DNA of 37,179 nt from Catajapyx aquilonaris (GCA_000934665.2 JYFJ02003827.1:1-37179), one strand, 5' to 3'; shown: positions 20,301 through 32,105, numbered from the stretch's first letter. The notes: generated by a model not told the origin, from the sequence alone. A program made the numbers and translations.

Positions 20301-22731
20301 TACATCTGGAATCACGACATGGTCACATCTGCCGGTTTCATGAAGCTGAAACTGTCATGGAATATTGCACTCGATGCATTATTTTCTGCGGAGCACGATT
20401 ACCCTTCTCTAAACGCAGTTGTAATTAGGATGTAGGTCTCGCGAAGAAATAAAAGGAGAAGCGTGGGAGTACACTCACTGGGAGAGAGGCTAACAACAAA
20501 CAGGTGCTTTAAAAGCAACCAGAAGTCGTCACATTGTTAACTGCTTCCGTAAGCTCTCCATTATGACACTTGGTCGGTGATATAGGAGAAAGCATGCTGT
20601 TAGCGCCACTTGTATCAATCCGAGATCGTATCTCATTGCCCCCTGGTGCACTTAATCATATTGGACACCTCTTCTGAACAGTCCGTGTATCATCTATAAT
20701 AATGAATGGAAGTAGTGAAAGTACGAAAAGCATTGCCTGCTAAAAATTCTATAGTTTGGTTTTTGTTTTTTTGTTTTTTTTTAAAGTCACGATGACAAGT
20801 AGCGGTACGTGAGATAGCTTTTTCAGGACGTTGTTAATTCTAGTTCTAGAAATGTATGTCCCAGTTTAGGATGAAATTGCATTTTATAAGAAAACTTCTT
20901 GTACAGTACAGTATTTTGTCGTTAACTTCAATAGAATCATAGGTGAATGTGGTTGTGTTTAATTTACTCTTCCTATATGAGGTGATGAAGAACCAAAAAC
21001 GGTCAAATAATTTTTTCTAATCACCTAAAAAATTATAATTATTTTCATCAAAAATATATACGAGGCTCATAGAGCCCAAGTCCAGCAGGGTAGGCTGAAT
21101 AAAATTACTTCTTTCAAAACTATATAATTATGATCCTAACTTCGATAATAATCCTAAAAGGATTATCCGAACAGTCAGGGTTTTCTTAGTTTTAAAAAAC
21201 ATGGTGTAAGTTACCTTGATTCCAAATATTACTGTACATTTTTGGATTTGAGCTCTTGTTATACAGGGCAATTTTCATTCTATATGTATTTAAGAAATTG
21301 CAACTTTATAGCAGATATATTTCTACTGAATTGCCGAGTTACACATTTTATGATTAACCTTAAAGTCGTCGGATATTACATTTGTAATTTTACAGCTTTC
21401 ATTGTCTTCACATTGATCTCTTCCGCAGTCAAGTGTCAACCATACATAGTCACTAATCTCCGCATTTATACAGTATAGAAGTGCGTGAGAATTCCAGTCT
21501 CAGGGACGATTGGTGCTATCTCCAGTACAGTTTCAATTGTGCCATTATGTAGTGTTGCCCTCGGTACGCACAGCATCCACTCCCACCGTGCAAAATCATC
21601 CGGACCGTAAAAAAAAATAAGTGAAAGCCATCGCATCCGTTGCCTAATTGTTGGCCAACTGTGATGGGAGCGAAGGGCAAGTTCGGAGAGATCTTGAAGG
21701 GTGGGGTGCCACGCAGGGGAAACAAGAATCGCATTAGTTTTCAGGTGAGGTGGGCGAGGCGCGTAATTGGCAAGGGCGCTAGCTTCCAAATGAGTCTCAT
21801 AGGCTGCGTGAGAGATAGCTAGTCCTCAAGGCCTCCTGCAGGATGAGCCTATTGAGCCCAATTGAGCCCACTTCCCCTGTCTGCCTGGAAGCCACTTCCG
21901 GGTCAGCTGCTACTGCTGCCCTCCCACTCTCATCATGTACCTTTTTTTCTTCTTTATACACTATATCCACCCCACCCCCCTGCCTTGCCATCCCCCCCAA
22001 TATCATTTGGATGACTGATCAGCTTCCAAACGTTGCAAATACTGACCTCGTCACAACGGGCTGATAAAACCCGTTTTTTTTTTTGTCTGGCAGAGATTCA
22101 AAATGGGTGAATTTTATCTGTCAATCGGAAAAGTGCATTGGCCAGACTGATGGGAAATATTTAGTATAGTAGAGTGAAAGTGGGTTAAACTAAAAATAGG
22201 GGACGCATACCATTTCAGGACACGGTTTACAAAATGCGGGCAAAATTGTCCCCTGAACTTTGCTCCTACTCTACGTGCCTAGGAGTCCATTCACATTCTT
22301 GCAGTCAATGCGTGCGAATTCATTAGATTCGTTTCGGGTAAACGGTTGTTATGGGCGAGTTAAAATGTGAACAGGCGCGTGCCTCTATAATTAGGTGCGC
22401 ACTCTTTGTTAGTTGAAACTGATGGGAATTTATTGACAAACAGACGCTCATTAGCTGCAATAATATGGTGGGACCATACAGTACATTAATGTTGGGGGTG
22501 CATAAAATATTTTGTAGTTGAAAATATTTTTTTGAGTGCCTACTTTTTGGAAGGAGCGGAGGTGGGTTGTTCTGGTTGCGGGGTCGGGGGCGGAGGAAGC
22601 TCGTCGGTCACAATGGTCACCTCTGTGGCCTCGTTGGCCGCAACAGTGCCGTCCTCAAGGGTAGTGTCCTCTTCTTCTGCCATTTTAGCCTTCAACTTCC
22701 CTTCTTCGTCCTCGTCACCCTCCTCTCCCAT
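11180..22731 (-). CDS. nemy: Cytochrome b561 (ascorbate-dependent transmembrane reductase), nemy/CYBRD1-like; join(22731..22544,14148..13916,13281..13073,12806..12637, then 12129..11967 [320 aa] or 11327..11180 [315 aa])
   Basis: Four heme-ligand His contexts: FNLHPVLM, KLVHTVFH, FYSLHSWVG and VPVHATFG. Six hydrophobic helices. The LLCCE loop recalls insect nemy, but the symbol is from memory and less certain than the family call. All phases are compatible. The start could be ATG 22731 or 22683. Confidence 0.9.
11967..12129 (-). CDS. nemy: Cytochrome b561 alternative last exon A (TSRDRQDVEMERVIVNALAVVLVAASIATAYLLFRRDPSRMRSHILITAQTDL*)
   Basis: cgcttgcag| acceptor in phase 2. E-x-V-I-V-N-A-L followed by TM6. 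TGA at 11969-11967 and its own AATAAA on the - strand at 11711-11706. Confidence 0.85.
12637..12806 (-). CDS. nemy: Cytochrome b561 exon (TM4 end to TM5; FVVGFFSFLILLCCEG...GLTQKIYMTE)
   Basis: ttactttttcag| acceptor and AC|GTGAGT donor (phase 2). Confidence 0.93.
13073..13281 (-). CDS. nemy: Cytochrome b561 exon (TM3 to TM4, SLHSW motif)
   Basis: ttattacag| acceptor (phase 1) and CAG|GTAGC donor (phase 0). Confidence 0.93.
13916..14148 (-). CDS. nemy: Cytochrome b561 common exon (HRSSTDSTSEWGC...TM1...FNLHPVLMVSGFIFFSGF)
   Basis: Branch GCTAAT and ctgacag| acceptor (phase 2); T|GTGAGT donor (phase 1). Confidence 0.9.
16478..16543 (-). CDS. Candidate 66-nt in-frame cassette exon of the cytochrome b561 gene (LIADTTEIFQQNIPNPGCSSK)
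   Basis: catttttcttag| acceptor and AA|GTGAGT donor, phase 2-2, stop-free. Ends TTCCAAAAA|GT like the exon ending at 22544. Confidence 0.45.
18830..18846 (-). CDS. Candidate alternative first coding exon (MTSKLK) of the cytochrome b561 gene
   Basis: ggaggATG ACG TCC AAG TTG AA|GTGAGT, phase 2 matching the acceptor at 14148. GC/CpG-rich surroundings, with an ETS-CRE composite GGAAGTGACGTCA at 18725-18737. Confidence 0.45.
19611..19669 (-). CDS. Candidate alternative first coding exon (MQLSHKRWGHTSFCCVHVGR) of the cytochrome b561 gene
   Basis: ccccactttctccag|ATG...GGT AG|GTAAGT, phase 2. Preceded by a plausible 98-nt UTR intron (19767-19670, donor GTAAGG) and a perfect DRE at 19908-19915. 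Confidence 0.5.
19908..19915. promoter_or_regulatory. DRE element, possible internal promoter of the cytochrome b561 gene
   Basis: Perfect TATCGATA about 140 nt upstream (- strand) of a GTAAGG donor at 19767. Confidence 0.4.
22544..22731 (-). CDS. nemy: Cytochrome b561 N-terminal coding exon (acidic, Pro-rich cytosolic tail MGEEGDEDEEG...MAEEEDTT...PPPPTPQPEQPTSAPSKK)
   Basis: Exon acceptor tcttttacag| at 22810, protein-like composition, and AA|GTAGG donor in phase 2 matching the acceptor at 14148. Confidence 0.75.
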
Positions 22732-25700
22732 ACCCCCCTTGGGCGGCTCTTCTTCGGCACTGATCTTGACGTATCGCTTGGGCCACCTATCTCAAACCCA
22801 TACTTCTCCCCTGTAAAAGAAAAAGTACGAATAAAAAAGGAGGACGCCATAAACAGTCTGGCAGCATGGCATCCGCTTATTTATGCTGTGCGCTTATTTA
22901 TTATTATTTGGGATGTGGCTCAGGGCATGATGAAGGCTGGAAGCTCTCCTTGTGCGCCCACGCATCTCCATGTGGAGAATAACACGCAGGCTCATTTGCA
23001 TCGCATTTAGGCCATTACAATAATGGTTATGCGAGTGCGTTAGTTGGCCGGACAGCCGCCATCATCCCCCTACCCCTTCCCCTCTAAAAACAATGTAAAT
23101 AAATAAATCATCTCGATCAGCTGCCCAGCAAGTAGTGCACGAACTGACGTGTCGTGTCCACTCTAGTTGCCACTTAGGTGGGTGGGATCATGAGCTCGGC
23201 CCCACCACCCATTCATTAAGATGCATTATTTATTTCGCTTCGGTATATGTCATTTACACTGCATTCGCAGGTGGGTAAATTTTGGTTCGTGTCTGGTTTT
23301 AAGTGGAATGGGCGGTTCTTCTTTCTCCCACACAAATTCCCTGGAATGCGCCTCAAACCCTCGTAAGAGCTTATGCAAGCATAGTGCCTCAGAATTATAC
23401 AGGGTAGTGCACTCACAAGTCCATAGTCTAACTGTGGGGGCTGAAGAAATGTTATGGACTATATTTCGATTCCATCAGGCAGTTCAGAGAGAAGGAGCGA
23501 TCACAAGTAAATGTGGCTCCTGAGTGTTGCATCCCATGGGTTTCTGGGGTAAACAATCAATATAAATGCTCTCTCTACTCTCCCTATTGAACTGGGGACT
23601 TGGGCAACATCCTCTATTCCAGCAGATACTGTCCAAAATGCGAATTCAAACGTGGTATCTAAATGTAGCCAATCCTATAATAACATCACAATATGTAATA
23701 AGCAGCTCAGGTATTGCAGAATAGGGCACTGACCTTTTTAACTGAGGAGTAAGTTTAAACTACAAAATACTGAATGGGGAAAAAGGAAACTCCCTGGTAA
23801 TTGGAACTAATTTTACGGCTAGCGAAATTGCGTTTTTAATGGCACAACATGCTGCATAATTTATCCGATATGGAGTATCTGCAGTTGTTGGGCTACATTT
23901 TAAGGAAATTACATGCGGTAATTCCAGGTAGGGCTTAATTGATAATTTAAACTTCCAAGCCACAAAATCCCGCACCTTCTACAGGTAGACATGTTGTATC
24001 CCACACATGAGAGAATGTGGAGTGGAGGGGGAAAAAAGTGGTTCGATATTTTAGCCTGTGGCTCCATTCGTGACGATGATGGATTTATTATTACTTTTCT
24101 CATTCGCAAGGCTCCTGAAAATTAAAACATGTTTACACGTCCGAAAAACGGCACGACCCTTGTAATTCTGTCAGTACAAGGTGCTCGAACACATTTACAT
24201 CGAATTCAAAAGGTGGAACATCAAGTGGGTCCCATACATTATCTCTCTCCCATCACATTACGTGCAGAAGAAGCGTATCCTACTGAACTACACCTACTCT
24301 AACGAGATGTTTTGTACGTGTTTCACGCACCGAAGGATACGCTACCAACCATCAGCCGTCATAATATGTGTAAATGACTATTCCCATCCAAAAAGAGATG
24401 GTCTTTGACCGACACGCCCTGATGGAAATACAGTCGTTTCTTCGCCCCAATGAATCTCAACTTTCCAGTTTGCAATCCCACCCCTTTCATCCATATTTTT
24501 ACACAATATGAACCATACCTCCCACCATCCATATCCCTGGATCCAAAAAATTCTGTCCCAGGAGAGAGTAAGAGAACCAACCGCGCCCCTAACTTTTGCC
24601 CTGATCGATCGTCTAATTCCAAGCCTGAGAGCGGGCATCGACCTGCAGACGCACCTCGTGCACCCCCCTCCTACCCCCTACCCCCTAACCCCCCNCCCCT
24701 TTTACATATATATTCCCATCCCCTTGCCCCTCCCACCACCCCCATAATTTTTGGCCAAACCGGTACGCACCCCGCTCCAAAAAATTCTGCCCCGTAGAGC
24801 TAGGCAACCCAACTCACCTTGAGATCCACCAGAGGAGGTCAGTGGAACTGCCTGATTTGTGTGGGTGGGATGGACTAATGCAATAAACCCACCCCCTCCC
24901 AATGTTGGGTGGGGTCAGGAGGGAAATGGGGGGTGTAAAGATTGAGGGTGGGACACCCCCACCTCTCCCTAGAAAAAAAAAAATTATCCGAGAGAGAGGT
25001 GCAGAGAGGGGCTTCCAAACTCTTCTGCTGCCGGTTGGGTGTCTCTTGTCTGGATTTTGCAGGCCGATATGTGCGACGCTGGGGCTGCCTAGCTTCCCGC
25101 TCATATGCGCGCGCATTGACGTTTTCCCCAACCCCCACCAACCCAGCCTAAAAACATATACCCTCAACCCCCTCCCTAACCCCTTCACAAAACAACCAGA
25201 TGACTTTTGAAGAGAGAAATAAAAAATGGTGGGTCCAGACAGCCTTTTCATTCAGTCTGGTCCATTCATTTGGGCAGAGATTAATTTCGAAGTGTCTGGG
25301 TTGAATTTTATTTAAAAAATATTGCCAAAAAAATAGTTTTGCAATATCTTAGCAATATCAGCAGAACATGATACGGTGGATGGTAATGTCCACTAATTGT
25401 CACTTTCTCCGTTTGTTTGTACTTGATGGCAGGTGAAAAATATACTGCAGCATTATGCAAATGCACCGAACTTGAAAAATGCTGAAATTGCAGTTTCGCA
25501 GTTTCAGGGCGACATTTGAATATTTGCAGGGTCTGCAAAACTCTGGAAGAGAAGAAGGAAATAAATGCCACGTCACTTATGCCTGAGTGCCAGATGAACG
25601 GACTGGTAGTCATTGAACTTGTATAGAATTGGCCAGTGTGCACTTCATACATCCGGTACTACAGTTACGAGCACCACCCAAAAATATGATTACACATCCT

Positions 25701-27871
25701 TTGGAGCTACAAGCAAGCCGCGTTTCCAAGTCTAGCTCGGTATTCCATGATTGCCCTTAGGGCGGATGCTGTTGAATTCCTTTCCAAGCCAGTCTTTCAA
25801 CTCGGTGATTTTCCCTCCAGTCTAAAAGAGGAACCGGCGAAATTTCAGCCACACATGGCTTCAACATATGGCTAAGAGAAAAAATGGCTGCAAAAAGGGG
25901 GGTGTAAAAAAATCTCTGGCAAGGACCCCCTAGCTCCTGGGGAGCAAGTAGGTAATGAAATTATCCCGGGCCGGGGAATCGAAAGTGGATCGATTTCTGG
26001 ACAGCGTCCCATTGTCCCCCATGTAGCCAGACACCGCTTCAAAATCCGATTCTCATCATGAATGACTATTATACAAGGTTGGGGAGAGAGTTGTGAGAGA
26101 TAGCGCAAACAATATTCCAGAAGCTTGCTACGGTGTTGGGGGCAATGATCCAATAAGTAATCAATAAGTACTGTGAGAGAGGGGGGGGGGGAGACTCATT
26201 GTTCGGTGAGGACAGTGTTGAACCATTTCTGACGGGTTGGGGACGCACAGAGATAGCAGAGCGATGAGTTAGTTGCAATGTGCACGAGGGAAATGTTTCG
26301 CTTGCCAGCCACACCATTCTGGGATTGGTTGCTGTTGGCACCGGTTTTTATGGTCGCGTGCGAAAAGGAGTTATCAACAGCCCGCTACAACAATTGGGGA
26401 AGGAAAGTTTACGAGAATTGCAAACGCGAGCATGTTCAGTCGAAGGGGGTGTATTAGTGAATCCTTGCAAACTGTTATGGTCTATTTCGGGTGTTATGTC
26501 ATGATTGATGCGGTGGGTTCCGGGGTTTGTTGCTGGGTGGGTTTGGTGAGGTCATGCTGTGTTTGCGCGTGGCCTATTTGAAGAATAGTCGATTTGAATA
26601 TAGGTTATGTGCAAAGAAAGGAGGGGGGGGGGGAGGTAAATGACCGTCGTAATCAATGGTTCCGCGAATTGAGTGCGTATGAGATAGGACGTTACAAAAG
26701 TTTGGGAGCCATTGCTCTATGCGGTAACGTGTAATTCAAAAAAATAACGTGCACATGTAAAATTGTTCGTGGATGAATAGGACGAAATGAATAGTTTATG
26801 TGGGAAAGAAAGCTATAAATACAATACGAGCCTTTATCCAGTAATATTACGTAGTACATGTACAATAATAATAATTGTACAGGTTAACCCAAAATACGGT
26901 GGCTATAGATGCTGAACAATAGCACTATAGGCTATATGCGTGTGGATACAAGGTTAAATCATAGATTTTTATTCCATGTTGCATGTGGTATTGTGTACAT
27001 GGCAATATTATCCGAAATAGTAACTGTGGTAATCATGTATCAAGTACAGGTATCAAAGCTAGCTGTTTCGCAGTATTATAGTAACATTATATTTTGTGCA
27101 GATGTTAAATTGTAATTAGCATTCTGCAGAGGTATTCAGTGGATTGAGGTATTATTACTCTTTTTTAACCAGGTGATGAGAGATGGGAACTGTAAAAATT
27201 TGATATAAAAGAATCTCCCAAGCGTCAGTCGTAACTTTTAAGTGTACAAAAGGTTTATTACCCCACGTCATAATAATACAGACATTTCGAGCAGTTATCA
27301 TGTCCTGCCAGCCAATGGATACGCAAAATGATTTCATTCAGGAGACTATGTGAACAATTTTTTGGCAGAGCAATTGTAACAGAAACTCGCTGAAACAAGG
27401 TGTCGTCGACCCAAGAATTTTAATATGCAAATTTAGCATACATGAATATTGACTTATTACCGACAGTCCTTAATATAAGGAAGGGTGTGTCCTTCGCATC
27501 CGGACTGATCATGTCCGCAGGATGTCATGTCAAACATGATCATGCATTCAACAGAATAGAAACGAACCCTCATCCCGCATTGGCTCAAGGTTATGGTCGC
27601 GTGCTTCATGTGTTCTGTCTGATGCGTCACGTATGTTGGTCACGATCGATACAATGTTCTACGCTCATAATGGCTAGTAACAGTCACAAGCTTCATTCCT
27701 GCTCCGTTATGGTGCGTGGTAAAAAAAATAGAGTTGGTAAAATAATTGAGTCACCCTGTGCAACATCTCTTCTAGCTTGTGGTGAAATTGAGTTTGCAAC
27801 AGTTTCGACATCGTGCCGTACGCTCGAAACAAGAACCCGGGTTCACAGAAGTGTTACCGCCCCTAAAAATA

Positions 27872-28054
27872 CAGGGTGGTGAACTTCTCAAGCCCCCAGT
27901 TCAAGTGTAGGGTATAGGTGAAGAAGCTGGGCAGTTGAAAGAAAATTTATGATCACGACAAATGTTGCTGACGCCAGGTTTCTTATTTTTAAACGGTTGC
28001 TAAGGTCAGAAATCGATTTCTCCTTAGGAAACACTTGGGCCACTCACCACCCTG
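27872..28054. mobile_element. Short Tc1/mariner-like MITE remnant
   Basis: TA|CAGGGTGGTGA ... TCACCACCCTG|TG. The 11-bp TIR is short and the right TA has decayed. Confidence 0.45.
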
Positions 28055-28223
28055 TGCTGTTCACTACAACAAACTTGCATCAAGCGAAAACCGCTTCCAG
28101 CTCGGTTCAACGTCCTTTAGACAACATAATTGTCATTTGGAGCTTTAAAAATATCATGTACATCCCTAATGTCTTAATTATTTTTTGTTGAATTTTTTCA
28201 ATACTTTTCTGTTTATGAACAAA

Positions 28224-28538
28224 CTAGCCGGATACCCGGCGTTACTCGGGTTATGAAATACTTTTCCATAGGAGTAAGTCATTGATGTAACAGCATCAAC
28301 AATGGCTGCATTATTTTCCAAGGAGTAACACTAAAGGGTAGGCCTACTTTTCTGCCTTGTCGCCTCCTGTGGCCAAGGATGACCTCGGAGGTCAAGCTCA
28401 ATGTGCTAAAAACCTTCCCCGTTAAAAACTATACCCCTAATGATCACCCTGGGGCATATGTCGAGCCCTCCGTATTGATTTGTATCAGGAACGTACAGAC
28501 ATAGCTCGTACGTCTTGAAATATACTGTATATAAAATG
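28224..28538 (-). mobile_element. Probable non-autonomous Helitron remnant
   Basis: On the - strand a GC hairpin ACCCG(agtaacgc)CGGGT is followed 6 nt later by CTAG|T (28227-28224), the canonical Helitron 3' end. AT-rich TATATA-like sequence near 28530 is the putative 5' end, and that boundary is uncertain. Confidence 0.45.
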
Positions 28539-31299
28539 ACTGCTGACGTGTCCTACATAATTATAGGACCCTAGGCGCTGGGTTTTAATATTACAGTCCA
28601 CAACAATGCGCCTTATTAAACTCCGCACGTTCCATCCAGATAATCCATAAAAGGAGTCTAAAAACGGCCATATTTCCACCACCCCCCCCCCCCCCCTATT
28701 TTACGTAATCAATTTCCTCCAGGCTCTGTTTAGTGGATTAGGAACAACGTCGAAACAAACAAGCGGGGTTGATTATTCAATCAGAGTGCAACTCTTGAGC
28801 TCTCTCCGCCTTGTTGGAGGCTTTTCCCCCCCATGCCCCATCCTCCCCATTTTACATCCCCCAAGCCCCGCTGGTTGTTCCGGAAGCTGCGGAGGAGCAC
28901 TTGCCATTCCCATCTGGAAGTACAAGATGAGACGAGAGGCAAAGGCACGCGGTTCCCTTTCCCCCCTCTAGCACTATTCACCACTTCCGCTCAGAAGGCT
29001 ATTTTTTGCTATAGCCGCTGAGAGGCCTCCGCTCATATGACCGGCCCTTTCTTATGCCAGTCAGAGCGAGAAAAAAGGAGGAGAAAACCTGGAGAAAGTG
29101 AGCTGGACGTGAAATTGGGACGAAGGAAAAAGAAGGGAGAAAAAAAAAATGGGTAAATGCAGCATGTACCAAACATTGTAATCAGCAGTGTGTCGGAACG
29201 CGCACGACAATCATACCACTCGGCACATTTTTCGCCTGGTGTGTGAGTATATGATGGAAGGTTAACGGGCAGAACTCTCTAGAGGAGTTCGTGCGTTACT
29301 TTAGAGGACATATTGGAAGGACCCCGATTTTTTGGGGAGGATTTTGGTGGAACCGGCTGCGAGCTAGGTGGTAGAAAGAAATGGTGTATTTTGGTGTTGA
29401 GTCTGCGGTTGGCAAGTTGAGGGGAGAAGCTGGAGGCGTTATTTTTGGTCGGGGAAACTCGTTTCAAAGAAAGTGCAACTTTGGGTCGGAGGGCCGAATG
29501 GGTTTCAGCGATTTTCAGAATGAGGTGGGGAAATATACTAGGCAATTTTTGTCCCCCAGGTTTCTGCAACATTCTGCACTGTGTGAGGACGCAATCTGTA
29601 TTTTATCCGCAAAATATCGTGGGCATGAAGGAGACACACTAAGCCCAAAAATCCAGTTTCGAGAAAATTCTGTCTTGCTGGATCATTATGACTTATGACT
29701 GCTTCAGGAGATATAGCAAAAAAATGCTACTTGTATTTTTAAAAGTAACCACCGAAGTGGGGAAAGGGGTAAAGAACCAAAGTGGCCCTGATTGTTGCTT
29801 GAATTCAAGGTGGTTGCTGGGATAAGCAACCCATAATTACTTCCCCTATCCCCTTCTTATACACTTGGGATTTGAACAGTTCACTGCCCATGAGTACACA
29901 TCTGATTCATCAGCGCAGAGCAGTTATCCTGCAGGAGTATGCAACCCAAATGGCACTCGGATTCTCGTCAGGATTATTGGAGAGAAGACTGTCGCTGTAT
30001 TTTCTGGACAGTGCGGGGAACTGTCACTGTGAAGTGCATTCCTGTACTTGCGCCTTTGAGAGAGACCGTTCGATGCTTGTAGCCTGCTCAAAGGGAGTAC
30101 TATTGAGTTCGTGAACGTCCGGTAGAACTCGAAGTCACGAGTCACATTACAGCAGGTATTTCTCGACTTAACGTGATTGCATTTTTAGAAAAATACTTAC
30201 CCAAATGCGGTCATTTGCTGGAAAATCCCATTGTGTAACATATGAAATATTTTGCCTAGACGGGGCCCTAAGCTCTAAGGGCAGACTGCCAACTAAATAT
30301 TTTTTTCAATGCACTCCAGCAAATAGAGGTTTTATCTAAAGTATTTTACGCTGGAACTATCTAAATTGGTTTCACCATGAGGCCGTCAGCGGAAACACTA
30401 ATTCTACGAACAGCATGGTGTTATCAACAAACTCGCAATTTCTCCGTCCTCGCTGATATCAATGAAACAGGCTAACGCATTAAAGCCAGCGTTGTAATGC
30501 AAATGTGATGTAATTGCCGGCTGGTTGGGTAAGCCTAGAAACACGGGCGTTAACATTTATTCGGGCCATAATTCAGTGTAAACGTCACAGAAAGGAAGGT
30601 AAAACTTAAGGAAAAGTGTATTAATTACTTCGTCGTCCTCATATTAATGCGCTGCAATGCATATACTCAACGCCACTCTGGTTGGGACTCAGCAGGGCGG
30701 GTGACGGGCGTGATAAATCGAGTACGGTATCTCGGCCTGTTGTAAGCTCGAACGTGCCGAGGTCTCAAGATTGGTAAGAGCCCGACGTCACAAGTGTGTA
30801 ATGTACTGTCAATCGTGCGAACCTGTGAGTTTTATTGTCGTTGATCATTAGGTCGCAGCTTCAATTTTGATCTTCCCTGTGACTTTATAGGCTACATTTT
30901 CGTGACATCCTGAAGAAACGTACTATTGCTCAACCTTGTACTAAAAAGGGGCAGTAACTTTGTTATCTGTAACAGATTTGTATAATGACTCCGAAGAATT
31001 TAGTCATACACGTGCCATAATTTTTCCGTCACCACGTCACAAGACATTCCATTACACCGAATAGCGTGCCTCAGCATTGTTTCCCAACCTTTTGCAGCCC
31101 CCTTTGGTCCTCCAAATGACCCCACATTTCATGGCCAGGAAGGAATTCTGTTGCAGAAATTGATCCCCTCACGTCCATTTTCATTAGTATCTGCTCCTGA
31201 ACATGTCACGGAAACTCAATAATGACATCCTGCGATACTGCCACTTCATCCTCCTTCCTGTAAGTGCACTTAAAAACTAATTATCTCTGTGCGAAACGT

Positions 31300-31700
31300 G
31301 CACGGCAGATTAGCATCCGTGATTGACAGCTTGGTTCAGGACCTCCAGACAGAGGCCGCCACCTTCCGGGCCGTATAGTGCCATGGCTGTCCATAAAGTG
31401 TCATGGCCGCCGATATGTACGTAAATATGGCTGGCATATTCCCCATTCTAAACGTACGAGTCGTTGTGCCCCACCGACAGGTGTGTATGGACGATCCGTG
31501 CCCAGTCGATAGGCGATACGAGTCCTGGGCTGTGTAATTTTCTCCTCTTCCTGATTCCTTTCCCCCCGTTTCCTCCCCTGCTGTGAGGTCCCAGCCCAGC
31601 CCAGCAGCAGCCCGTCACAGGCACTGAGATGACCAGCTGACGATACAGCCACGATGCCCGCAGCCCTTCGAACGTATGACCCCCTTAATCTTACTAGAAT
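31300..31700 (+). promoter_or_regulatory. CpG-rich promoter / non-coding first exon region of SNX13
   Basis: CpG-rich block upstream of the SNX13 ATG exon, with candidate donors AC|GTATGA at 31674 and TC|GTAAGG at 31793. Confidence 0.45.
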
Positions 31701-31992
31701 TCAACCAGGCCTAACATGATAAAACCATGTTTTGAGCGCGGGTGCTGAACCGTTTGCTGACCTCGAGTGTTTTTCCTAGATCAGACAGTTTCGTAAGGCG
31801 GGTGACTCACTTCATGAATCACCAATCAGCTGATTAGCTCTCAAGGCATTTTATGCAAAATGGATTTTTAAGTGGGGTTTATTGCAGTATGCTGCGTGCA
31901 TGGGAAAGAGAGAGAGAGTGTGTGGAGCAGTCCTGCGCTGAGTGGGTTACGGAGGCAGTGTCATGGGTGGTGATGTGACTCTTTCTCGACAG

Positions 31993-32105
31993 ATGATTGT
32001 GCAGGTGTTGGGCTGGGGAGGCCTGGTGCTGCTGCTGGGTGCAGGGACATTCGGGCCAGGATGGACCGTGGCCTGGTGCTGTACCCTCATCGCATTCTTG
32101 GCCGG
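31993..32105 (+). CDS. SNX13: SNX13 coding exon 1 (MIVQVLGWGGLVLLLGAGTFGPGWTVAWCCTLIAFLAG)
   Basis: ctttctcgacag|ATG, N-terminal TM hairpin, GG|GTATGT donor (phase 2). Confidence 0.88.

Noticed and set aside
10000..25000. Iron-responsive element in cytochrome b561 UTRs
   Set aside because: The CAGUG loops I inspected on the - strand (about 10207, 11400 and 22759) lack a flanking 5-bp stem. The scan was by eye and not exhaustive.
31072..31130. hAT-like terminus (TTTCCCAACCTTTT)
   Set aside because: No matching opposite end or 8-bp TSD was found.
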